Origin: an uncultured bacterium | Lineage (GTDB): Bacteria; Patescibacteriota; Minisyncoccia; Phycocordibacterales; GWA1-40-21 | Direction: 5' to 3' | NCBI GenBank assembly: GCA_903823865.1 | Contig: CAIJUJ010000021.1 | Location: 6,732-70,731, forward strand | DNA length: 64,000 nucleotides | Part shown: in pieces, positions 17,270-28,523 of the stretch | Numbering within the stretch: the stretch's first letter is position 1 | Layout: each line of letters starts with the position of its first letter | Made by a program: the position numbers and the translations under genes | Notes under the pieces: generated by a model | Told to the model about the DNA's origin: nothing | Database searches by the model: none | Seen by the model: the letters and a program-made list of their open reading frames with translations, nothing else

Positions 17270-19543
17270 TTACACGACTTCACACGTTCCCCCCGCACAA
17301 GCCAACTCCTTTTTCATATCGGAAACATCTGTCTTTTCATAAGTAATGATTTTTGAAAAATCTATATTACCAATTTTCTTTACAAGCTCATTATATCTTG
17401 CTTCATTTATTTCTTCATAAGGGGCTAGCTGATATACATGATCATTTCTTGGTAAAAATGAAAGTCCGCCAATAATATCCCAATTGCTATAAACCCAATT
17501 TGCAACCTCAATCCATTCACTTTCACTAACATAAATAGTAACTGATGGATTGTGCTCTGTATAATTTACTTTTACCATTTTCCAAAATTCAAGTTGGTCA
17601 ATTGCAGAGATATCATTTTTAACTACCGCTCCTTTTGGTGCCCTAACTGGAAATTCAAAAACATAGGTTGTCGCATTTTCTTTTGATTGTCCTACTTCTG
17701 GTTGATAAGGAACCCCTTGGTCGCGAATCATTTTAAATAGTGAATCTGTAGCGGCAATTCTAATTCTTCGAATATAGTATGGTGCATATCTTGGATGCAT
17801 ACCTGATGCGCAATCAACTGTCTGGGAAACTGTTCCAGACGGCTTCACACAAGTGACACAAGTTGAAGGATTTATTTTAAATCTCTTTGCAAAGTTTTCA
17901 TTTGCTTTTATTGCTTCTTTTCTTAATTTTGCCAAAACTTTTTTATCACGAACAACGTGACAATCCCACTGTCCAGTAATAGATACTCCGAGTAATCGCT
18001 CTTTTTCACAATTATCTTTCCATTCTTTTGAAAGATATTGAAAGTTTGTAAGTGTTGCCTGATATGTTCCAAGAAGTGTAGCTAATTTAATTTTCCTTAA
18101 TAAATTAGATTCTGTATCATTTGCTCTTGCAACAACTTCAGAAAGATTACAAAACTGTTTTGATTGTAAAATAATTTCTCCACAAGGATTAGTACCAAGA
18201 TTTCCGATAAAACCTCCAAGTTTTTTCAGCCTTCTTTCTGGTAGTGACGTTGCTAAACTACCTCTATTAAATATCCCCCTTTCTCCTGAGCCTGATTTCA
18301 TAAGTGCAATCCATTCATCAAAAAACTCAGTAGCTGATGGTTTATGCATATACACAGCCGAATTGTTAGCTATACTTCTTTGTGGCTCTGTAAGGTAAAA
18401 TTGGCCCTTTTTTGCATCTCTCATTGCCTCATCATCCAAATCTGACAAAGAAATAAGGGCACTTCTCCTGACTCCACCAGCAACAACACAATCCCCAATT
18501 GCACAGATAATATCATGGGCATCTAGATTGGATAATCGTCTCCCCTGCTTTGCAAATACTTTTGTCCTTACCAAATTCATTAGTCTGATTAATGGATCAG
18601 GTCCTGAAGCTTTACCGCCCATTGTTTTTAATCTTGCGCCCGCTGGTCTGATTTGAGAATAATCAAATTCAACATCATTTCCATCATACCAAGTTTTTAG
18701 TCCAAAAGTTAAAGCGTCTGCCCAACCTTCTTTGCTATCCGCAACAATATGTTTTGCTAATTTTTTTCCAGTTTGAAATTTAATTTGTGGAAGCGACTGA
18801 ACATTTTGACTTTCGACTGAAAAACCAACTCCTGTTCCACACATTGAGATGTACATTATTTCTGCAAAGTCAGTTAACATTGATGGAGCAATAAAAGAAC
18901 AATTGTATGCGCAGACATTTGTTCTATCAACTGCTGACCCAGCAAATTGTAAGAGTCTCATTGACGGCATAACTTCCTGATTTAATATTGCTTCTCTCAA
19001 ATCATTGTATTCAGAATCTTTAATTAGCTTTCCAAGTTTGCCTTTCATAAATGACATATACCTATCTACGGTTTCAATCCATGTTTCTCTTCTGGACTCT
19101 GAATCAATCCACTTAGAATAAGTTCTATAATAAACAAATTCACCAAGTTGATTTTTAAAATATTTTTTACTGTCTGATGTAAGTTTTTTTAATTTTGCTG
19201 GCACTTGTATTCCAACGTTTCGAAGTTTTGCTCTTTCTTGTCTATAAATTATGTATTCTTTCGATGATTTTACATATTCACTAAGTATAAGTTCCCTCTC
19301 AACAATATCCTGAATACCTTCAACATCCGGCATGAAATCCTTAAATTTCTTAGCTATTTTTACAAGTTCAGCCAAAACTTTATTTGCAACAAGCTCTGCT
19401 TCTTCTGGTGACCCCTCTCCACAAACTGACATTGCTTTATTTATTGCTGATGTAATTTTTGACAAATTAAAAGGGACAATTTGTCCGTCTCTTTTTTTAA
19501 TGCTTGTTATAAGATTCGCTCGTCCACTTCCTGTTTTGACCAT
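17270..19543 (-). CDS. nrdJ: Class II (adenosylcobalamin) ribonucleotide reductase with ATP cone
   Basis: IKKRDG ATP cone, GTNPCGEI, VKPSGTVS, C-terminal CAGGTCEV. Confidence 0.9.
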   Translation of the reverse strand: MVKTGSGRANLITSIKKRDGQIVPFNLSKITSAINKAMSVCGEGSPEEAELVANKVLAELVKIAKKFKDFMPDVEGIQDIVERELILSEYVKSSKEYIIYRQERAKLRNVGIQVPAKLKKLTSDSKKYFKNQLGEFVYYRTYSKWIDSESRRETWIETVDRYMSFMKGKLGKLIKDSEYNDLREAILNQEVMPSMRLLQFAGSAVDRTNVCAYNCSFIAPSMLTDFAEIMYISMCGTGVGFSVESQNVQSLPQIKFQTGKKLAKHIVADSKEGWADALTFGLKTWYDGNDVEFDYSQIRPAGARLKTMGGKASGPDPLIRLMNLVRTKVFAKQGRRLSNLDAHDIICAIGDCVVAGGVRRSALISLSDLDDEAMRDAKKGQFYLTEPQRSIANNSAVYMHKPSATEFFDEWIALMKSGSGERGIFNRGSLATSLPERRLKKLGGFIGNLGTNPCGEIILQSKQFCNLSEVVARANDTESNLLRKIKLATLLGTYQATLTNFQYLSKEWKDNCEKERLLGVSITGQWDCHVVRDKKVLAKLRKEAIKANENFAKRFKINPSTCVTCVKPSGTVSQTVDCASGMHPRYAPYYIRRIRIAATDSLFKMIRDQGVPYQPEVGQSKENATTYVFEFPVRAPKGAVVKNDISAIDQLEFWKMVKVNYTEHNPSVTIYVSESEWIEVANWVYSNWDIIGGLSFLPRNDHVYQLAPYEEINEARYNELVKKIGNIDFSKIITYEKTDVSDMKKELACAGGTCEVV

Positions 19544-19812
19544 GTTAGTAAAAATTAATGATTAATAAAATTGTAGAATAATTTTACACCTAAAATGAAC
19601 AAAATAGAACAGGAAAACAACTTTTTTACAAAAAATAAACTAAAATTTATGAGCTGTAAAGCAGAGTGTTATTACATGCTTAAAAATATAGATGTTTTGA
19701 CACACAAAAATTTTTTTTAATTAATTACGGTTTTTTGTTTTAAAACAAATTTGAAAAAATTGCCTTTTAAAAGGGATTTTTATGAAAAATATTAGAAAAA
19801 CCATTAAAAAAA

Positions 19813-20331
19813 TTAATTTGAATTAAAAATAATTTTGTCACCAACTTTTATATTATTTTTATCACAAAAACTGGCAGAAACTTCCAAAACATACTTCGCA
19901 AAATATTTTTCTCCGAATGAGTTGGGGTATGTACTTGGCGAAAGAGATTTTTCTATGCCAACAATTTCAAAATTATCATTTATCCACAAAATATCTATCG
20001 GAAAATTCATATCTTTCATCCAAAAACCATGATTACCAGCTTTATCAAAAATAAAAATCATACCAGAGCTCGAAGCAAGACTATCTCTTCCAGAAAGACC
20101 GAGTTCCATATCATTTTTACTTCTGGAAACTTCAGCGTGTATTGTTGAACTTGCAAAAGTTATATCAAGATAACATCCTTTTGTTGGTTTTTCTGTGGAA
20201 GGATCCCCATGTTTAATCCATTCCCCATTTTTACATAACCAAGTATCTTCATTACCAGAAAAAATTCTGACTACAATAAAAATAATGACAACTATAATTA
20301 TTATTCGAAATATATTTTTAAAAATTTTCAT
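19813..20331 (-). CDS. DUF192 domain protein with membrane anchor
   Basis: GLSGR...GMIFIF...FWMKDMNFPIDILWI...YVLEV. Confidence 0.88.
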   Translation of the reverse strand: MKIFKNIFRIIIIVVIIFIVVRIFSGNEDTWLCKNGEWIKHGDPSTEKPTKGCYLDITFASSTIHAEVSRSKNDMELGLSGRDSLASSSGMIFIFDKAGNHGFWMKDMNFPIDILWINDNFEIVGIEKSLSPSTYPNSFGEKYFAKYVLEVSASFCDKNNIKVGDKIIFNSN

Positions 20332-20344
20332 AAATATTTAAAAA

Positions 20345-21154
20345 TTAATTACCAAAAGTCATAAAATTTGAACTTTCATATCTTCTAACTGCTCTATTAA
20401 AAATAAAAATGGAAAATATAAACCAAAATATTGTTAAAATAATTAGTAGTAGTAATTTATCCAAAGAAATATTTCTAACTATTTCAACAGGCAAAGTACC
20501 TATTAGAAGTGATGGAATAAAAAATGTAAAAACAAATCTCATCACCCCCTGAAAAGCACCTCCATGAAAAAGTGCTGGAGTAAAAAACAATTCAAATATT
20601 CCACTTGTCACTGTATTTGCATCTGTAAAGAAAAAACTTGTTGAGTAAATTAATATTATCATTGATAAAAAAGTAATCGTTGATATTATAAGCAATAATA
20701 GTACTAAAAATATTTGGGATATACTTGCACTTATAGCAAAAGAATAAATCACCATACATACAATTCCAAAAACAACGTCCCCGATTGCCGAAACACCAAA
20801 AGATGATGTCGCTATTCTTATGAGTAGATTTTTTGGTGAAAGCATAAAACGATCAAGTGCTCCAGACGCGGTATAGTCTGCGATTTTCCTTAGTCCATTC
20901 GCTGTAGAAAGGATAGTTCCATAAGACAGAGCAATAAATCCTTGTAAACCAACGATATCCATAGCAGTCCACCCACCAATCACCCCGACCGATTTAATTA
21001 GAAACATCCATATAATTATAAAAGCTATGTTATTTATAGCCATACCAACAATATTCATTAGAAAACTCGTGCGAAGCTCCGCACTGCTTTGAATATTTTT
21101 TTTTATTGCATATAATGCAAATTTTAGTTCTTTTTTCATAAAATTATCCTCCAT
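20345..21154 (-). CDS. ABC-2 type permease (DUF990-like)
   Basis: 6 TM; GALDRFMLSP; in operon with ATPase. Confidence 0.8.
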   Translation of the reverse strand: MEDNFMKKELKFALYAIKKNIQSSAELRTSFLMNIVGMAINNIAFIIIWMFLIKSVGVIGGWTAMDIVGLQGFIALSYGTILSTANGLRKIADYTASGALDRFMLSPKNLLIRIATSSFGVSAIGDVVFGIVCMVIYSFAISASISQIFLVLLLLIISTITFLSMIILIYSTSFFFTDANTVTSGIFELFFTPALFHGGAFQGVMRFVFTFFIPSLLIGTLPVEIVRNISLDKLLLLIILTIFWFIFSIFIFNRAVRRYESSNFMTFGN

Positions 21155-21944
21155 TTACTGATACTTTTTGTTTTGCCTTTTTAAACATAAAATAAACAAC
21201 TAAGCCGAACAAAATAATCCAAAACAATTGAATGCCGACGAGCTGATACCAATTATTTTGCCAAGATTCATATACAGTGTGTGTTACAAACTGAGCAGCA
21301 CCAAAGGGGCTATATAAAGCAATCTTATACATAAAGGCTGGAAATAAAGCGACTGGAAGATATGATCCACCGAGAATCATAACCGCTTTATCAACAATCC
21401 AAAAAACTGGATTTATATCTTCTATCCAAAAAGACAAGAGACCAACAACTGAATATAAAAGCAGTGAAAGAATTGACGCACAAACAAAAGTTAATATTAA
21501 TGTTGGAATAAAAATACCAATTGTCATAGTTTCTGGAAATCCAATGATGAATCCGAGAGCAATTACAGCCAAGGTTGTTATAACAACGAAAGAATAAAGG
21601 CCAGAACCTATTTGCCACCATATCCTATAAAAAAGATAAGAGATCGGTTTACTAAATAAGACTTCAACATTTCCGGATTGAATATCTTGCATCATTAATC
21701 TTGAAATATCTCTCAAACGCAACACGGAAAATGAGAAGTAGAAAAAAATACTCCATGCAGCAAAAACAAAAGTCGTCCCGCTTATAACTCCGTTATTTAT
21801 TTTAAAAATATACCAATATAAAATTAGAAGTACCCCACATCGTGCAATAACACCAAAAGTATCTATAATAAGTCTGCTTGGATAATGCAAACAATCTTTT
21901 ATAAGTGTTTTGATTATTTTTTTTGCTAATCTAATTCCTTTCAT
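21144..21944 (-). CDS. ABC-2 type permease (DUF990-like)
   Basis: DIQSGNVEVLFSKP; LGGSYLPVALFP. Confidence 0.8.
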   Translation of the reverse strand: MKGIRLAKKIIKTLIKDCLHYPSRLIIDTFGVIARCGVLLILYWYIFKINNGVISGTTFVFAAWSIFFYFSFSVLRLRDISRLMMQDIQSGNVEVLFSKPISYLFYRIWWQIGSGLYSFVVITTLAVIALGFIIGFPETMTIGIFIPTLILTFVCASILSLLLYSVVGLLSFWIEDINPVFWIVDKAVMILGGSYLPVALFPAFMYKIALYSPFGAAQFVTHTVYESWQNNWYQLVGIQLFWIILFGLVVYFMFKKAKQKVSVNGG

Positions 21945-22917
21945 ATATATTTCTTATAACCGTTTCTAGGTCAACATTATATACATCAATATCTTCAACT
22001 TCAAAAATGTTAAGTAATTTTCGCAAAGACTCTTGGATATTTATTTTTTTAATATTAACAACTACAATAATTTTATCTTTGTCCTTTAATGAATAACGTA
22101 TTCCCTCTGGTAACTCTGGAAAAGAGTTAAAAATGTTTTCTGGAATAAGGTCAATATATTTTTCATTTACAAAAGTTGTTGATAGCTCTTCAGTAGGCAA
22201 ATCTTTAATTACGACTCCATGATTTATAACGATTGTTCTTTCACACAAAAATTCAACATCACCTACGTCATGCGAAGTTAAAAAAATCGTTGTGTTTTCT
22301 TCTCTATTTATCTTTAATAACAAATCGCGGAGAGATTTTTTGGCAACAACATCAAGACCAATCGTAGGTTCATCCAGCAATATTATTTTTGGTTTATGTA
22401 TTAAAGAAGCAGCTACTTCAGCTCTCATGCGTTGGCCAAGTGAAAGTTTACGAACTGGCTGGTCAATAAATGAGCCGAGGTCAAATAATTTTATGAGTTC
22501 AGCAATTCTTTTTTTGATATCACTATCAGACAAATCATACATCACGCCAAAAAATTCAAGTGAGTCAGTCAGTGGAAGATTTGGAAAAAGTTGTGAACGC
22601 TGACCAAACACTGTACCTATTTGATACGCAAGTTTTTTTCTATCTTTTGTTGGATCTAAACCTAAGATATTTATTTTGCCGGAAGTTGGAAAAAGTATAC
22701 CAGTAAGCATTTTAATAGTAGTGGACTTACCTGCCCCGTTTGGACCAATAAATGCTATCCTCTCACCACTTTTAACGGAAAAGGAAATATTATTAACTGC
22801 AACAATTTCTTTTTTTTCTGGAAAAAATAAATTTTTAAGCCATCCAGAAGCTTTATTTTTAACTTGAAAGGTAAATTTCTTTGTAAGGTTAGAAACAATT
22901 ATTGAATCATTATTCAT
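21931..22917 (-). CDS. ABC exporter ATP-binding subunit
   Basis: GPNGAGKST, LSLGQRMR, LLDEPTIGLD. Confidence 0.92.
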   Translation of the reverse strand: MNNDSIIVSNLTKKFTFQVKNKASGWLKNLFFPEKKEIVAVNNISFSVKSGERIAFIGPNGAGKSTTIKMLTGILFPTSGKINILGLDPTKDRKKLAYQIGTVFGQRSQLFPNLPLTDSLEFFGVMYDLSDSDIKKRIAELIKLFDLGSFIDQPVRKLSLGQRMRAEVAASLIHKPKIILLDEPTIGLDVVAKKSLRDLLLKINREENTTIFLTSHDVGDVEFLCERTIVINHGVVIKDLPTEELSTTFVNEKYIDLIPENIFNSFPELPEGIRYSLKDKDKIIVVVNIKKINIQESLRKLLNIFEVEDIDVYNVDLETVIRNIYERN

Positions 22918-22975
22918 AATAATTTGATTTTATCATGAAATCATTTTTTATAACAATCGACAAAAATATCACGCG

Positions 22976-23062
22976 CGGAGGGTAAGAGATTTGAACTCTT
23001 GATGGAGTTTCCCCCATACCACCTTTCCAGGGTGGCGCACTAGACCGCTATGCGAACCCTCC
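22976..23062 (-). tRNA. tRNA-Ser(GGA)
   Basis: Cloverleaf with long variable arm; loop CTGGAAA; G73. Confidence 0.93.
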
Positions 23063-23109
23063 ATAAAAACAATTTCATATTACCTTAATAGAAATGTTTT
23101 TCAACTAAA

Positions 23110-24003
23110 TTAATTAATATTCATTCCAATAAGAGCTTTTACTCTTTCTTCAACTGGAGGATGTGTGCTAAATAAATTTGAGATTTTTCTGCCAGCTCCA
23201 CCAAAAGGATTCGCAATAAAAAGATGCGCAGTGGCATTGTTTGGATTTTTCATTGGAATATTTGCATTTGATATTTTTTGAAGCGCGGAAGCAAGACCCT
23301 CTGGATATCTTGTGAGTAATGCTCCTGATGCATCAGCAAGAAATTCCCTCTTTCTTGAAATCGCCAGCTGTATTAAAGTCGCAACTATCGGAGAAAGAAT
23401 TACAAAAATAATTCCAATAATCATAAATATACTACCGGCTTCATTTTTTTCTCTACTTCTGCCACCTCCAAGCAAACTTCCCCTCATAAATATATTTGCA
23501 AGGATTGAAATGAAACCAACAAGAACAACGACTACTGTGGAAAGCAAAATATCTCTATTTCCTATGTGAGAAAGTTCATGTGCGATTACACCTTCAAGTT
23601 CAGTTTTGACTAAAATTCTTAATAATCCAGTCGTCACAGCAACAACGGCGTGCTCTTTATTTCTTCCGGTTGCAAAAGCGTTTGGTGATGCATCATTGAT
23701 AATATAAACTTTTGGCGTTGGGAGACCGGCGGTAATAGAAAGATTTTCAACTATGTGATACAAATCGATGTAGTCATCACGATTGGCTTCTACAGCTTTC
23801 GACATGGACAAAACTATTTTATCGGAGTACCAATAACTCATTATATTCATGACAATACTAAATATCACAGCAAAATATAAAATTCCCGGGCTATTAAAGT
23901 AGTATGAAATAAAATATCCCAAAGCTATGACCACAACAAAAAACACGGCCATCAAAAACCAGGTTTTTGTCACGTTTTTAGATTGTTGAGTATAGAGTGT
24001 CAT
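23110..24003 (-). CDS. htpX: Zinc metalloprotease HtpX (M48)
   Basis: PNAFATGR, AHELSH, SRKREFLAD, STHPP. Confidence 0.93.
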   Translation of the reverse strand: MTLYTQQSKNVTKTWFLMAVFFVVVIALGYFISYYFNSPGILYFAVIFSIVMNIMSYWYSDKIVLSMSKAVEANRDDYIDLYHIVENLSITAGLPTPKVYIINDASPNAFATGRNKEHAVVAVTTGLLRILVKTELEGVIAHELSHIGNRDILLSTVVVVLVGFISILANIFMRGSLLGGGRSREKNEAGSIFMIIGIIFVILSPIVATLIQLAISRKREFLADASGALLTRYPEGLASALQKISNANIPMKNPNNATAHLFIANPFGGAGRKISNLFSTHPPVEERVKALIGMNIN

Positions 24004-24015
24004 ATAAATTATTAT

Positions 24016-25689
24016 TTACCAACTACCTCCTCCGCCACCTCCACCGCCACCTCCTGCAAAACCTCCTCCTTTTGAGCCAGATGCAGCCGCAGTATTTGTA
24101 AATGATGAAAAATTATTAATACTATTTGCAAAAATAATTGCACTAAACATTGTCATTCTACGGTCAGAGTACCATTTTGGTTGCTGTGTGTATATTCCAT
24201 CAAATTCTTTTGCCCACGCTTTTTCTACTCCAAAAATCATTGCGTACGGTAATAGTTTCTCAAAAATTTCTGGTTTTTTATCTGGAGCATTGTTAAAATT
24301 TATTCTATCTTTTTCAGCAATATTTAAATATTCTTTTAGTCCTAGCAAATATTCTTTTGTTCTTAAGCCTTTTTCTGTCCTCGCAGGCATAAGAAATGAA
24401 AAGATTAATGCTATTACAGATGAAACAAACATACAAATTTTAAAAATCGGAAAAGTTAAAACCGAACTAGAGTCTGTAACTTTAAACCCAATAAACAAAT
24501 AAACAATGAAGAAAGCATAGCACATCATTACCAACTTATTATTATTTTTTAAATATTCGTTACTAACAAGCCTCTTAAAACAATTTTGAACAATATTTTT
24601 TATATTTTGATAAAATTTATTTTTTAATGACGACATTTTTAATTCTGTCGCATTTTCTGAATAAGAGTATAAAGAGTCCATAAGTAATTGGTCCGTCTCA
24701 TTTGTTGGGACTGAATTAGAAACTTTAGTTAATATATAATCGTCAGATTCAAGAAACAAACCTTTTGTTTCAGTTTTTTCTATTTTTAAATAACCATTTA
24801 TTGCCAAATATATTATTTCTGCTGAAATCGCTGTTCCATCACTAACACCTCCGATTATTTGTGCCGCCTCTATCGGAGTAAGATTATCGGGTACATCATA
24901 TTCCGCAATAATTGTACGATTTGATTTTGGATCTTTTCCATATTTTTTCCACTTTTTGAATAAAAACACAAAAGTTATAATCGGCACCAAAATTGGTAGG
25001 CATGCAAAAATTATAAAAATAAAATCCATGGAATGGTCTGGAAGTTGAACTATACCTTTAGTAAACCCGACAGCAATAGTCATACCATACCCCGGCTTTA
25101 ATTCGCTGTTGTAAAAAAAATTAGTATCTATGTTGTTTATGCATGATAATTTAGAATTTAATGGACCACAATAACTGGAGGTTTGGACTACACCTGCTCC
25201 ATTTGGCAAATGTATATATGCTTCAGTCTTTTCAATTGGAAATTGCCACTCATTTCCAGTAACATTCCAGTAAATCTCATCATATTTATCAAAATAACCT
25301 AGAGCGTTAGTAATTTTATATCTAATTACGTAGTCTCTATCTCCTACAAAAGTCGAGTTGGGATCACCAATTTTCAAGGAAACTGTATCAATTTGTTTTG
25401 TTTCAGTATATGGATAATTATTACCATTTATATCTGATATGGATATATCTGATATATGTAAAAATTGATTATCGTATGATTTAAGCCTAATGTTCCTAAA
25501 TATTCCGTGTTTTTCCAAACCACCAGAATTATATTTTATTGTTTCAACTACATTAATACTAGAGTCAGTGTTAATAGTAATATCAGAAATGAAAGAATTA
25601 ATTTTTTCGGAAGTTTGTGCAAGTACAGGCAAAAAGCTTAAACAAAATCCTAATACAACAAAAAATAAAACAAATATTTTTTTATTCAT
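24016..25689 (-). CDS. DUF2207 membrane protein
   Basis: HGIFRNI, YWNVTGNEW, LPYAMIFG, Gly-rich GGGGSW tail. Confidence 0.88.
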   Translation of the reverse strand: MNKKIFVLFFVVLGFCLSFLPVLAQTSEKINSFISDITINTDSSINVVETIKYNSGGLEKHGIFRNIRLKSYDNQFLHISDISISDINGNNYPYTETKQIDTVSLKIGDPNSTFVGDRDYVIRYKITNALGYFDKYDEIYWNVTGNEWQFPIEKTEAYIHLPNGAGVVQTSSYCGPLNSKLSCINNIDTNFFYNSELKPGYGMTIAVGFTKGIVQLPDHSMDFIFIIFACLPILVPIITFVFLFKKWKKYGKDPKSNRTIIAEYDVPDNLTPIEAAQIIGGVSDGTAISAEIIYLAINGYLKIEKTETKGLFLESDDYILTKVSNSVPTNETDQLLMDSLYSYSENATELKMSSLKNKFYQNIKNIVQNCFKRLVSNEYLKNNNKLVMMCYAFFIVYLFIGFKVTDSSSVLTFPIFKICMFVSSVIALIFSFLMPARTEKGLRTKEYLLGLKEYLNIAEKDRINFNNAPDKKPEIFEKLLPYAMIFGVEKAWAKEFDGIYTQQPKWYSDRRMTMFSAIIFANSINNFSSFTNTAAASGSKGGGFAGGGGGGGGGGSW

Positions 25690-25750
25690 AATAAATATTT
25701 TACCACAAATTGATTAAACAAAAAAATCCGACTTTTAAGTCGGATTTTTG

Positions 25751-26305
25751 TTAAAATTTTACTTCAACCGGCTGTTTTGCTGCAGCTTCACCCTCATCCA
25801 GAGTGAAAAGTTCCATTTTTACAAAGTGAAAAATGTTTGAAATTATGTTGCTTGGAAATGAATCAACTGCAATATTCAAATCTCTAACATTTCCGTTATA
25901 AAATCTTCTTGCTGCTTGTATTTTATTTTCGGTATCTGAAAGTTCTGATTGGAGAGAAAGAAAATTTTGGTTTGCTTTCAAATCTGGATAAGCCTCCGCA
26001 ACAGCAAAAACAGTTTTTAAAGCGCTTGCTAACATATTTTCTGTTTTTCCTTTATCAACTATATTTTGTGCGCCCATCGCTTGGGCTCTTGCTTTTGTAA
26101 CATTCTCAAAAGCATCACTTTCATGAGTCGCGTAACCTTTAACAGTATTTACAAGATTTGGAATAAGATCATATCTTCTTTTTAATTGGACGTCGATATC
26201 TGACCATGCTTCTTTTGCTCTATTTATAAGAGTCACAAACTTGTTGTAGCTAAATACTCCCCACAAAACAACTACTATCAAAATAATTAACAATATTGTT
26301 CCCAT
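25751..26305 (-). CDS. lemA: LemA family protein
   Basis: WSDIDVQLKRRYDLIPNLV, EAYPDLKAN. Confidence 0.95.
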   Translation of the reverse strand: MGTILLIILIVVVLWGVFSYNKFVTLINRAKEAWSDIDVQLKRRYDLIPNLVNTVKGYATHESDAFENVTKARAQAMGAQNIVDKGKTENMLASALKTVFAVAEAYPDLKANQNFLSLQSELSDTENKIQAARRFYNGNVRDLNIAVDSFPSNIISNIFHFVKMELFTLDEGEAAAKQPVEVKF

Positions 26306-26476
26306 TTTTTTAATTTTTATAACTAATAATTAAAAACGTTATTTTTTGTTTCGAAAAACAAAGAAAAGCTTTCAACATAATATGAAAAAGCTTCCTGTAT
26401 ATTATATCACAAAAAACTATCATAAAAAAGCAAAAACCTTGTGTTTTTTATCCATTTTGCTATACTCTTTCTCGTA

Positions 26477-26713
26477 ATGACAGACCTAGCCACATATATA
26501 CCTTACATACAAATAATTCTTGCTATTCTTATAATAGCAGCTGTTTTGGTACAACAATCAGATGCTAGCTCAGGAGGTGCCTTTGGCGGTGCAGACAACT
26601 GGAATGCTGGATATCACACAAGAAGAGGTTTTGAAAAAGTTACATTTAATACCACAATCGTGCTCGGCGTACTTTTTGCATTATTCTCACTTTTAGCTAT
26701 AATTATTAAGTAA
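26477..26713 (+). CDS. secG: Preprotein translocase subunit SecG
   Basis: Two TM; VLVQQ...GGAFGG...TRRGFEK. Confidence 0.9.
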   Translation: MTDLATYIPYIQIILAILIIAAVLVQQSDASSGGAFGGADNWNAGYHTRRGFEKVTFNTTIVLGVLFALFSLLAIIIK

Positions 26714-26765
26714 ATTTGCTTTGTTGATTAGTCCTTGGTACAATATTTAGTATCATTTTTGACTC

Positions 26766-28523
26766 GTGAAAGAAAAGATTAAAAAAATTCTCAATAAAAA
26801 ATGGGAGATTAGATTTTTTGAAAATCTCTCAGATATGACAAAAAAATTCAGTATATCTGAAAAATTGTTATTTTATACCCTAAGTACAATACTAGTAATC
26901 TCCGGACTAGTCATATTAAACAAGGTTAATGATTCTGTTTCCGTACAGGTTCCAACGAACGGTGGGTATTTAAAAGAAGGTATTATCGGCACACCTAGAT
27001 TTATAAACCCAGTTCTCGCCGTTTCTGATGTCGACCACGATTTGGCTGAGCTTGTATATTCTGGATTACTAAAATTTGGACAAGACAATTCTATAATAAA
27101 TGATTTGGCTAAAAGCTATGATGTTTCAAACGACGGTCTTGTTTATACTTTCACACTTCGTGATGATATTTACTTTCACGATGGAACAAAAGTTACAACA
27201 GACGATGTTGAGTTTACAATAAATAAAATTCAGGACAGCACAATTAAAAGCCCAAAGAGACCAGGATTTTATGACGTAAAAGTTGAAAAAGTTGATGATG
27301 AAACGATTAAATTTATTTTGAAAAAACCATACTCACCTTTCTTGAGCAATCTTACAGTTGGAATATTACCCAAACATTTGTGGGACAACTTAACATCAGA
27401 TCAGTTTCCTTTAAGCCAGTACAACGTTGAGCCAGTAGGTTCTGGACCATACAAAGTGACAAAAATGGAAACCTTACAAAAAAACAGTTTGCTTATTCCA
27501 ACATATTACGAATTAAATGCTTTTGACGGATATGTTTTTGGTAAACCATTTGTTGAGCAGCTTATTATAAATTTTTATAAAGATGAAACTAGTTTAATCG
27601 ACGCATACAATAGACGTGAAGTAGAATCAATAAATTCAATTTCACCAGAAAAAATAATCAGCCTAAATAAAGATAATGGATCAAAAATAAATGTTTCTCC
27701 CCTACCAAGAGTTTTTGCAGTATTTTTTAATCAAAATCAATCGGAAGCTTTAACATACAAAGAAGTCAGGCAGGCATTAAATATGGCAGTAGACAGAAAT
27801 GCAATTGTAAACAGTGTTTTATCTGGCTATGGTAGCCCACTTTATAGCCCTATACCAGCGGGGTTACTAGACGATTCAAATAACAATATAACCGACAACA
27901 ACATTGATGGAGCTATAAGTTTACTTACAAAAGCAGGCTGGGTAAAAAGTACGAGCACGGGTATCATGACTAAAAAAATTAGCAAAACAAAAACAGTTGA
28001 ACTTTCATTTACAATTTCTACATTAAATAGTGACGACCTAGTAAAAGCTGCCCAGCTAATAAAAAGTGCTTGGGAAAAAATCGGCGCAAAAGTTGATATC
28101 AATCAATTTGATTTTGGAGATTTACAACAAAATATTATTAGACCAAGAAAATTTGAAGCACTTCTCTATGGAGAAGTTATTGGTAGAGATATGGACTTCT
28201 TCGCATTTTGGCACTCATCTCAAAGAAATGATCCTGGTCTAAATATCGCAATGTATACAAATGCAAAAGTTGACAAACTTTTGGAAGATGCAAGAACAAC
28301 ACTTGATACATCAGCAAGAATTACAAAATATAAAACATTTGCTGATGAAATTCAAAAAGATACCCCAGCAGTATTTTTATACTCACCAGAATTTATTTAC
28401 ATAACACCAGCAAAAATCCAAGGATTTACGCTTGGTACTGTTACACTACCATTCGAAAGATTTCTTGATATCAATAATTGGTATATTGAAACAAACAATC
28501 TTTGGAAGATTTTCACCCGTTAA
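26766..28523 (+). CDS. Peptide ABC transporter substrate-binding protein (family 5)
   Basis: YTFTLRDDIYFHDG, PVGSGPYK, VRQALNMAVDR. Confidence 0.9.
   Translation: MKEKIKKILNKKWEIRFFENLSDMTKKFSISEKLLFYTLSTILVISGLVILNKVNDSVSVQVPTNGGYLKEGIIGTPRFINPVLAVSDVDHDLAELVYSGLLKFGQDNSIINDLAKSYDVSNDGLVYTFTLRDDIYFHDGTKVTTDDVEFTINKIQDSTIKSPKRPGFYDVKVEKVDDETIKFILKKPYSPFLSNLTVGILPKHLWDNLTSDQFPLSQYNVEPVGSGPYKVTKMETLQKNSLLIPTYYELNAFDGYVFGKPFVEQLIINFYKDETSLIDAYNRREVESINSISPEKIISLNKDNGSKINVSPLPRVFAVFFNQNQSEALTYKEVRQALNMAVDRNAIVNSVLSGYGSPLYSPIPAGLLDDSNNNITDNNIDGAISLLTKAGWVKSTSTGIMTKKISKTKTVELSFTISTLNSDDLVKAAQLIKSAWEKIGAKVDINQFDFGDLQQNIIRPRKFEALLYGEVIGRDMDFFAFWHSSQRNDPGLNIAMYTNAKVDKLLEDARTTLDTSARITKYKTFADEIQKDTPAVFLYSPEFIYITPAKIQGFTLGTVTLPFERFLDINNWYIETNNLWKIFTR

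Noticed and set aside
19544-19812. Cobalamin riboswitch or NrdR boxes upstream of nrdJ
   Set aside because: AT-rich with no convincing consensus by eye.
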